Virus record (IMG/VR): IMGVR_UViG_3300011888_000033
Span: 1-9,587 of that record
Reading direction: 5' to 3' (one strand)
Source of the DNA: a virus
Lineage: Duplodnaviria > Heunggongvirae > Uroviricota > Caudoviricetes
DNA: 9,587 nucleotides
Part shown: piece after piece, positions 1 through 5,437 of the stretch
Position numbering within the stretch: position 1 is the stretch's first letter
Layout of the letters: each line of letters starts with the position of its first letter
Notes under the pieces: model-generated
What the model was told of the DNA's origin: nothing
What the model saw: the letters and a program-made list of their open reading frames with translations, nothing else
The model's database searches: none
Translations under genes and position numbers: made by a program

Positions 1-153
1 GCATGTTTTTGTGGTCAGGTTACGAATATATAGTTTTCGCTTTTTAATATTGTTTGCCGAGGCAATATATGTCCGGCCTTCATGAAGAACATAATCGCCA
101 GGAGTCACACACTGACGTGGTATTTCATCAGTTCCGAAGTGATGTGCAATCAT
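1..153 (-). CDS. kilR: KilR-like killing protein (FtsZ inhibitor of Rac prophage); 3' end lies beyond the window
   Basis: Reverse complement of 1..153 translates from the ATG at 153..151 as [51 protein letters not shown] and runs off the window edge; this matches my recollection of the Rac KilR N-terminus. An in-frame ATG four codons upstream (165..163) is an alternative start. Absent from the ORF track because it is partial. Confidence 0.7.
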
Positions 154-594
154 AATTATCTCCATTTTTACAAATGAACTTTGTTGATGCGGTGCCTGGT
201 GCCTCCAGGTGACTGCAACCAGTTAACAATTACAGTCGGCTTTCCCACCCAAACCAATAAGGACTAACATGACTTTTAACTGTGCCACGTGCGCTTAGCC
301 GCATTCACCGCATCACAAAATTCACTTTAAAAAGGGCGGACATCAGCCGAACTTCAAGAAAAAAACTGATGCCGCCAGGACTACACACAGCAATGTCGTT
401 ATTTACAACCGGAGGCGCACTCCCTCCATTTAAATTTAACAGACAAGACCGACTCTTTATGGATATCGGAAATGCGCCTTCGTGTTGTGCCCGGTTTTAT
501 TTCACCACCTCCGGGCTTCGGTGGTCTCGGCTATACCCCTACAGCGAGAGCTTGTGTTAACATTTCAATACCCTTACAGTTGAGAGTTATTGAT

Positions 595-1077
595 ATGTTG
601 GATGTATTTACTCCATTGTTGAAATTTTTTGCTAACGAGCCACTCGAAAGACTTATGTATACGATTATCATTTTTGGTCTCACTCTCTGGCTGATACCGA
701 AAGAGTTTACTGTCGCATTCAATGCTTATACTGAAATACCTTGGCTCTTTCAGATTATCGTTTTTGCCTTTTCTTTCGTGGTCGCCATTTCCTTCTCAAG
801 ATTGCGAGCACATATTCAAAAGCATTATTCATTACTACCAGAGCAACGAGTATTGCTTCGTTTATCTGAGAAAGAAATCGCTGTATTTAAAGATTTCCTT
901 AAAACAGGAAATCTTATTATCACTTCTCCTTGCCGTAACCCGGTTATGAAAAAATTAGAACGGAAGGGCATCATTCAACATCAGAGTGATAGCGCAAACT
1001 GTTCTTATTATCTCGTCACCGAAAAATACTCCNNNNNNNNNNCATTTTATGAAGTTATTCTGGAACAGCAGGAGTAG
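595..1077 (+). CDS. sieB: SieB-like superinfection exclusion membrane protein (160 codons, interrupted by an N-run)
   Basis: Part of track ORF 472..1077. The ATG at 595 is preceded by GAGAG about 8 nt upstream. The product has hydrophobic segments (IIIFGLTLWLIP, IIVFAFSFVVAISF) typical of a small inner-membrane protein. It is divergent from kilR, as in Rac. Stop TAG at 1075..1077. Contains 10 N at 1033..1042. Confidence 0.65.
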   Translation: MLDVFTPLLKFFANEPLERLMYTIIIFGLTLWLIPKEFTVAFNAYTEIPWLFQIIVFAFSFVVAISFSRLRAHIQKHYSLLPEQRVLLRLSEKEIAVFKDFLKTGNLIITSPCRNPVMKKLERKGIIQHQSDSANCSYYLVTEKYSXXXXFYEVILEQQE

Positions 1078-1089
1078 ACGTTTTAATCG

Positions 1090-1245
1090 TTAGCTTACTG
1101 TGTGCTTCTCCAACCATCGGCGCGCACCAGTTTCGGTTTTAAATGTTTTGCTTTTGGTATACGTCATGGCAGTGAACGTTCCATCCTGGTTGGGGAACAC
1201 GCCGCACACCAGGGATTCGTTGTTGCCGAGGTCGATTTTTTGCAT
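1090..1245 (-). CDS. ydaF: Small protein, 51 aa, YdaF-like
   Basis: Hand translation of the minus strand from ATG 1245..1243 to stop TAA 1092..1090 gives MQKIDLGNNESLVCGVFPNQDGTFTAMTYTKSKTFKTETGARRWLEKHTVS. Length and position (convergent with sieB) match Rac ydaF as I recall it. Not in the ORF track (below its length cutoff). Confidence 0.6.
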   Translation of the reverse strand: MQKIDLGNNESLVCGVFPNQDGTFTAMTYTKSKTFKTETGARRWLEKHTVS

Positions 1246-1255
1246 TTTGCGAATC

Positions 1256-1390
1256 TCACATCTTGTTGCTACGTATAGCGACTTCTGCCTGCCAGAGATC
1301 CCAGTCGTTGCTGCGTAAAGCCTGCACAGCCTGGTTGTAAGTGATACCGCAACAATCCATCAAATACTGAACTACTTCGTAATGCACCAT
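1256..1390 (-). CDS. ydaG: Small protein, 44 aa, YdaG-like
   Basis: Minus strand ATG 1390..1388 to stop 1258..1256 gives MVHYEVVQYLMDCCGITYNQAVQALRSNDWDLWQAEVAIRSNKM. AAGGGG lies about 9 nt upstream of the ATG. Its stop is 10 nt before the ydaF start. Length matches Rac ydaG (44 aa) as I recall it. Confidence 0.55.
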   Translation of the reverse strand: MVHYEVVQYLMDCCGITYNQAVQALRSNDWDLWQAEVAIRSNKM

Positions 1391-1555
1391 CTTATCTATC
1401 CCCTTAACGCCGGGTGGCGGAACTAACTGCTGCACTGCAAAATTTGAATCCCGCCGTCATGTTCATACGCCTCGGGCTGGCTACTTAACCCCTGACCACT
1501 GCCTGGTAACTCGAAGTATTGCCCGGCGTTCTGTGGGGCGGGGTGGGTTGGTAGG

Positions 1556-1606
1556 TATATAATGTACTTTGTGTTCATCATTGTAAAGTACTTTAAGTAC
1601 ATTTTA
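1556..1606. promoter_or_regulatory. OL-like operator/promoter region left of the repressor gene
   Basis: AT-rich block with a perfect TATAAT (1558..1563). Dyad elements: AATGTACTT (1561..1569), the perfect 10-bp palindrome AAAGTACTTT (1585..1594), and AAGTACATT (1595..1603), which is the reverse complement of the first. The same ATGTACT 7-mer recurs twice in the racR-ydaS intergenic region. Confidence 0.4.
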
Positions 1607-1677
1607 TGTATAAAAAAATGAGACGGGATAAAGTGAAGCACAAACCCGGAGGGGGACGCTACCGGATTTATGCTGGT

Positions 1678-2097
1678 TTAAGAGGCTTTTTGTTTTTTCT
1701 TTCGTGCTAACTCTTCGTAAATTGCATTGTACTTCTGTTTTTTCTCCTCAAGAGTTTTTAAAAGTTCATCTGTCTCACTGTCAGGGAGCTCGTCCAGAAG
1801 GTCAATGATGATTTTTTGTCTTGGATTTAACTCCTGATAGAAACGTATCTGTCCACTTTCTTCTGTATCCTCTCCCAAAAGATAGGTTGGTGTTGTTCCA
1901 ATGAGTGTTGCTAATTCCCTTAATTTCTCTCGGCGAGGAATTGTTTCACCATTAAACCATTTGCTAACCGCTTTTGGTGTTAATTTCATTCGACGGGCAA
2001 TTTCTGCCTGCCTTCCATGTTGTTCATAACCAGCGTTTTCACAGGCTAGCGCAAGCCTACTGGCGAACTCTTTACGCGCTTTATCTTCATGAACCAT
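1678..2097 (-). CDS. racR: Prophage immunity repressor, HTH (XRE-like), RacR-like
   Basis: Track ORF, 139 aa. HTH-like segment QAEIARRMKLTPKAVSKWFNGE. Divergently arranged with the Cro-like gene across a short operator-bearing spacer. Acidic/basic C-terminal tail. Confidence 0.7.
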   Translation of the reverse strand: MVHEDKARKEFASRLALACENAGYEQHGRQAEIARRMKLTPKAVSKWFNGETIPRREKLRELATLIGTTPTYLLGEDTEESGQIRFYQELNPRQKIIIDLLDELPDSETDELLKTLEEKKQKYNAIYEELARKKKQKAS

Positions 2098-2176
2098 AAG
2101 TTCAATGATATTCGCTCTTGAATGTACTGTCAGTTCTGTTATAGCATGTACTCAAAGTTCACATTGTGAGGGTGAT
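2098..2176. promoter_or_regulatory. OR-like divergent promoter/operator region between racR and ydaS
   Basis: 79-bp spacer between divergent starts. ATGTACT appears at 2122..2128 and 2146..2152 (direct repeat, 24 bp apart). Small dyads ACTGtCAGT (2126..2134) and CACAtTGTG (2160..2168). GAGGG RBS sits just before the ydaS ATG. Confidence 0.45.
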
Positions 2177-2431
2177 ATGAACCAGAAAACACTTGAAGAT
2201 GTAATCAAAACTGTTCGCGTTTCTGTTGTGGCCGACGTTTGTGGTGTCAGCCAAAGAGCAATCTACAAATGGATGGATAACGGAAAATTGCCTCGCACAG
2301 AATATACCGGCGAAACAAATTACGCTGAAAAAATCGCTCATGCATCAAACGGATTATTTTCTGCCGATGCAATTTTAACTATTGGCAGAAATAAAACTAC
2401 TACGAAAAAGCTGATGGGAGTTGATTCATGA
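2177..2431 (+). CDS. ydaS: Cro-like HTH regulator, YdaS-like (84 aa from the chosen start)
   Basis: In-frame part of track ORF 2105..2431. I prefer the ATG at 2177 (GAGGG RBS), because the ATG at 2105 would place the start 8 nt from the racR start with no room for a promoter. HTH-like VADVCGVSQRAIYKWMDNGKLP. Its stop overlaps the ydaT start (ATGA at 2428..2431). Confidence 0.6.
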   Translation: MNQKTLEDVIKTVRVSVVADVCGVSQRAIYKWMDNGKLPRTEYTGETNYAEKIAHASNGLFSADAILTIGRNKTTTKKLMGVDS

Positions 2432-2850
2432 AAATCAAGCATGAGCACATCGAATCAGTGTTGTTAGCCCTGGCAGCCGAGAAAGGGCAGGCGTGGGTCG
2501 CTAACGCAATTACTGAAGAATATCTGCGCCAGGGGGGCGGCGAATTGCCCCTGGTACCAGGCAAGGACTGGAACAATCAGCAGAATATCTATCATCGTTG
2601 GTTGAAAGGTGAAACGAATGCGCAAAGGGAAAAAATTCAGAAACTGATCCCTGCGGTTCTGGCAATTCTTCCTCGCGAGCTGCGTCACCGACTCTGCATC
2701 TTCGATACCCTGGAACGCCGTGCATTACTGGCGGCACAGGATGCACTGAGTACGGCAATTGATGCGCATGATGATGCAGTCCAGGCCGTTTACCGTAAAG
2801 CACATTTCAGCGGCGGCGGTTCTCCTAGCGATTCTGTCGTAGTGCATTGA
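2428..2850 (+). CDS. ydaT: YdaT-like protein (toxic partner of the RacR-YdaS-YdaT cassette)
   Basis: Track ORF, 140 aa, which matches the Rac YdaT length as I recall it. Translationally coupled to ydaS through the ATGA overlap. Synteny racR / ydaS-ydaT. Confidence 0.65.
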   Translation: MKIKHEHIESVLLALAAEKGQAWVANAITEEYLRQGGGELPLVPGKDWNNQQNIYHRWLKGETNAQREKIQKLIPAVLAILPRELRHRLCIFDTLERRALLAAQDALSTAIDAHDDAVQAVYRKAHFSGGGSPSDSVVVH

Positions 2851-2895
2851 TTGAAATTAATCGTACCGAACTGTTTTGTTCGGTATCAGTTAAAT

Positions 2896-2914
2896 GTAAC
2901 GCTGCGAGCGTTAC
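2896..2914. repeat. 19-bp dyad-symmetric repeat GTAACGCT-gcg-AGCGTTAC, copy 1 (non-coding, just upstream of the ydaU RBS)
   Basis: Perfect 8-bp inverted arms around a 3-bp spacer, followed by ACAA. Same motif at 3088..3106 and 3295..3313. Confidence 0.6.
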
Positions 2915-2927
2915 AAGGTGAAAACAA

Positions 2928-3716
2928 ATGGCTTCAAACTGGATAAAGCTCGAAGTTATTACGCCGGATAAGCCGGAAATATTCAGGCTTGCTGAGATTC
3001 TGAATATTGATCCAGATGCCGCATTAGGGAAAGTCATTCGCTTCTGGGCCTGGGCGGATCAACACATGATAGACGGTAACGCAGAGTGTAACGCTCGCGG
3101 CGTTACAAAAAGTGCAATAGATCGCATCACTTTTATGGCTGGTTTTGCTGATGCGTTAATTCAGGTTGGATGGCTGGTCGAAACTAATGGTGTGTTGTCG
3201 CTTCCTAACTTTGAGCGCCATAACGGGAAAAGCTCTAAAAAACGGGCGGTTACAAACGAGAGAGTAACAAAAATACGAGAACTGAAACGAAAAGGTAACG
3301 CTGCCAGCGTTACAAAAACGGATCAAAAAGCGTTACCAGAGGAAGAGAAAGAGGAAGATATAAATACTTATCTCCCCCTAAATCCCCCTCGCCAAAAACG
3401 AGCGTCTAAAAAATTCGAACCGGAGGCTATCGAGCTGCCTGACTGGTTGCCGGAAACACTCTGGCATGAGTGGGTTCAGTTCAGGCAGGCATTGCGAAAA
3501 CCGATTCGAACGGAGCAGGGCGCTAACGGGGCGATACGGGAGCTGGAAAAATTCCGCCAGCAGGGTTTTTCACCTGAGCAGGTGATTCGACACAGCATCG
3601 CCAACGAATACCAGGGCTTGTTCGCGCCGAAAGGTGTTCGACCTGAGACGTTACTCCGACAGGTTAACACCGTCTCGTTACCGGATAGTGCGATCCCGCC
3701 AGGCTTCAGGGGGTAA
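2928..3716 (+). CDS. ydaU: Replication initiation protein (O-like / YdaU-like)
   Basis: Track ORF, 262 aa. Sits immediately upstream of the DnaC-like loader gene. Has a central low-complexity basic/acidic linker (KSSKKRAVTNERVTKIRELKRKGNAASVTKTDQKALPEEEKEED). The dyad repeats lie inside and just before the gene, recalling lambda ori inside gene O. Confidence 0.65.
   Translation: MASNWIKLEVITPDKPEIFRLAEILNIDPDAALGKVIRFWAWADQHMIDGNAECNARGVTKSAIDRITFMAGFADALIQVGWLVETNGVLSLPNFERHNGKSSKKRAVTNERVTKIRELKRKGNAASVTKTDQKALPEEEKEEDINTYLPLNPPRQKRASKKFEPEAIELPDWLPETLWHEWVQFRQALRKPIRTEQGANGAIRELEKFRQQGFSPEQVIRHSIANEYQGLFAPKGVRPETLLRQVNTVSLPDSAIPPGFRG
3088..3106. repeat. 19-bp dyad repeat GTAACGCT-cgc-gGCGTTAC, copy 2 (inside ydaU)
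   Basis: 7 of 8 arm positions are symmetric. A left half-site GTAACGC lies at 3076..3082. Followed by ACAAAAAG. Confidence 0.55.
3295..3313. repeat. 19-bp dyad repeat GTAACGCT-gcc-AGCGTTAC, copy 3 (inside ydaU)
   Basis: Perfect 8-bp arms. Right half-sites GCGGTTAC (3246..3253) and AGCGTTAC (3329..3336) nearby. Followed by an A-rich stretch. Confidence 0.55.
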
Positions 3717-3722
3717 CTGACC

Positions 3723-4412
3723 ATGAAAAATATTGCGACAGGCGACGTTCTTGAACGTATCCGCAGACTGGCCCCGTCACATGTAACCGCGCCATTCAAG
3801 ACGGTAGCGGAGTGGCGCGAGTGGCAACTTTCCGAAGGCCAGAAACGTTGTGAGGAGATCAACCGTCAGAATCGTCAGTTGCGGGTGGAAAAAATTCTGA
3901 ATCGCTCTGGCATCCAGCCATTGCACCGCAAATGCTCGTTTTCGAATTACCAGGTGCAGAACGAAGGGCAGCGATACGCGTTGAGTCAGGCGAAATCCAT
4001 CGCTGATGAACTGATGACCGGGTGTACAAATTTTGCGTTCAGCGGAAAACCTGGTACCGGGAAGAACCACTTAGCGGCAGCTATCGGGAATCGCCTGCAC
4101 GCCAGCTATGACGACGGGCAGTCAGGCGAAAAATTTTTGCGGGAACTGTGCGAAGTGGATCTGCTGGTTCTTGATGAAATTGGCATTCAGCGCGAGACGA
4201 AAAACGAGCAGGTGGTACTGCACCAGATTGTTGATCGCCGGACAGCGTCGATGCGCAGCGTGGGGATGCTGACAAACCTGAACTATGAGGCCATGAAAAC
4301 ATTGCTTGGCGAGCGGATTATGGATCGCATGACCATGAACGGCGGGCGATGGGTGAATTTCAACTGGGAGAGCTGGCGTCCGAATGTCGTCCAGCCAGGA
4401 ATTGCGAAGTAA
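3723..4412 (+). CDS. ydaV: DnaC-like helicase loader (IstB/DnaC AAA+ ATPase), YdaV-like
   Basis: Track ORF, 229 aa. Walker [16 protein letters not shown], Walker [10 protein letters not shown], and a DnaC-like C-terminus ([22 protein letters not shown]...[10 protein letters not shown]). The ATG is 6 nt after the ydaU stop. Confidence 0.8.
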   Translation: MKNIATGDVLERIRRLAPSHVTAPFKTVAEWREWQLSEGQKRCEEINRQNRQLRVEKILNRSGIQPLHRKCSFSNYQVQNEGQRYALSQAKSIADELMTGCTNFAFSGKPGTGKNHLAAAIGNRLHASYDDGQSGEKFLRELCEVDLLVLDEIGIQRETKNEQVVLHQIVDRRTASMRSVGMLTNLNYEAMKTLLGERIMDRMTMNGGRWVNFNWESWRPNVVQPGIAK

Positions 4413-4434
4413 TTTTTACCGGGAGAAAAATTTA

Positions 4435-5184
4435 ATGGAGACTGTTTTTGACGCACTGAAAGCAATGGGAAAAGCCACATCCATAGAACTTGCTGCGCGA
4501 CTTGATATCAGTCGTGAAGCAGTGCTGAACGAACTATGGGAACTGAAAAAAGCTGGTTTCGTTGATAAAAGCGCGTACACCTGGCGTGTGGCTGATAACA
4601 ACGTTCAGCAGGAACAGCCAATGCAGGCAGAACTGCCGGAAGAAACCACCACGGCAACTGTAGTGAAAATCTCAGAGTGCGATTTAACCGCGACGATTGA
4701 ACAACGCGGACCACAAACGGCGGATGAACTGGCTACGCTGTTCGGTACAACACCCCGCAAAGTTGCTTCAACGCTGGCAATGGCAATCAGCAAAGGACGC
4801 CTGATTCGCGTAAACCAGAACGGTAAATTTCGTTACTGCATACCGGGCGATAATTTACCAGCAGAGCCGAAAGCTGCATCGGTAACGGAAACTGATTTTA
4901 AAGCCTTTCCTCAGCCAGCAGGTGTTGCGTTACCGGTACAGAAAGATGCAACACAGGAAGATATTAAAACAGAAACTGTAGCGGACATTGTGCAGTCGCT
5001 GCCATCGTTTACTGCAACGCGAGAAGATGATTTGATTTTGCCATCGCTGCATATGGCAAACCGCGAACTGCGTAGGGCGAAGAATCATGTCCAGAAGTGG
5101 GAGCGAGTCTGCGCCGCGCTGCGGGAGCTGAACAAGCACTGGGATATTGTCCATAAAGTTATTGCAGCAGGTATGGAGAAATAA
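4435..5184 (+). CDS. Conserved prophage protein, possibly DUF1627-like, with an N-terminal winged-helix-like segment; function unknown
   Basis: Track ORF 4384..5184. I prefer the ATG at 4435 (GGGAG about 9 nt upstream; 249 aa), because the ATG at 4384 lies inside ydaV. N-terminus [43 protein letters not shown] resembles a MarR/winged-helix fold. Family name is from memory, not searched. Confidence 0.5.
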   Translation: METVFDALKAMGKATSIELAARLDISREAVLNELWELKKAGFVDKSAYTWRVADNNVQQEQPMQAELPEETTTATVVKISECDLTATIEQRGPQTADELATLFGTTPRKVASTLAMAISKGRLIRVNQNGKFRYCIPGDNLPAEPKAASVTETDFKAFPQPAGVALPVQKDATQEDIKTETVADIVQSLPSFTATREDDLILPSLHMANRELRRAKNHVQKWERVCAALRELNKHWDIVHKVIAAGMEK

Positions 5185-5369
5185 ATACTCCTGATTATAT
5201 GAGTCATCCTGCTGCAGTTGTGACCAATATGATCGGTTGTGCAGAGTTCTTCAGATAGGGGTAATGAAAACTGCGGTGATTTGTATTCGCTGCAGTTAAT
5301 ATAAACTCGTCGAATTTTTTCATGAAATGTGATCTTAGTCATATTTATATCACGTCTATTTATCAGGTT

Positions 5370-5385
5370 CTGATGAAATCATCAG
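5370..5385. promoter_or_regulatory. Perfect 16-bp palindrome CTGATGA-AA-TCATCAG upstream of the 689-aa gene (candidate operator)
   Basis: 7+2+7 perfect dyad, 52 bp upstream of the ATG at 5438, within an AT-rich leader. ATCAGG also appears at 5362..5367 and 5380..5385. Confidence 0.3.
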
Positions 5386-5437
5386 GTGTTAAGATACTAT
5401 TTGTGCTGTCACCTCAATGGGTTAAAAAGGAATCTGG

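Noticed and set aside
282-560. Plus-strand ORF of 92 aa in the kilR-sieB intergenic region
   Set aside because: No convincing RBS, odd composition (Arg/Ser/Thr-rich, low complexity), and it runs into the sieB upstream region; more likely promoter/leader DNA for the divergent kilR and sieB.
472-594. 5' extension of the sieB ORF (201-aa version starting at 472)
   Set aside because: The extension has no RBS and encodes Pro/Gly-rich non-membrane sequence; the ATG at 595 with GAGAG upstream gives the expected size for sieB.
1100-1318. Plus-strand ORF of 72 aa
   Set aside because: It is fully covered on the opposite strand by the two tandem small genes (ydaF/ydaG-like), which have exact expected lengths; it has no RBS.
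1423-1641. Minus-strand ORF of 72 aa
   Set aside because: It spans the AT-rich operator/promoter block and has no RBS; it would require the repressor-side operator region to be coding.
2105-2176. Longer start (ATG 2105) for the Cro-like gene
   Set aside because: It would begin 8 nt from the divergent racR start, leaving no promoter/operator space; the ATG at 2177 has a GAGGG RBS.
2510-2803. Minus-strand ORFs antisense to ydaT (2464..2688, 2510..2803) and similar antisense ORFs inside ydaU, ydaV, the DUF1627-like gene and the nin-region genes (for example 3476..3862, 3777..4070, 4081..4302, 4283..4480, 4416..4601, 4508..4714, 4605..4793, 4930..5154, 8506..8868, 8774..8989, 9158..9379)
   Set aside because: All are embedded antisense in better-supported genes, lack RBSs and have biased, low-complexity composition typical of antisense frames of GC-balanced genes.
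4384-4434. Upstream start (ATG 4384) for the DUF1627-like gene
   Set aside because: It lies inside the ydaV coding region with no RBS; the ATG at 4435 follows a GGGAG motif and the ydaV stop.
5230-5300. Hairpin ACTGCGG...CGCTGCAGT (about 5271..5297) as a terminator for the DUF1627-like gene
   Set aside because: The stem needs G-U wobbles and is not followed by a T-tract; it may be leader structure but is not a convincing intrinsic terminator.
5085-5342. Minus-strand ORF of 85 aa divergent from the defence gene
   Set aside because: No Shine-Dalgarno, it overlaps the 3' end of the DUF1627-like gene by about 100 nt, and it has a Cys/His/Ser-rich sequence without a recognisable fold; kept in mind only as a possible small regulator.
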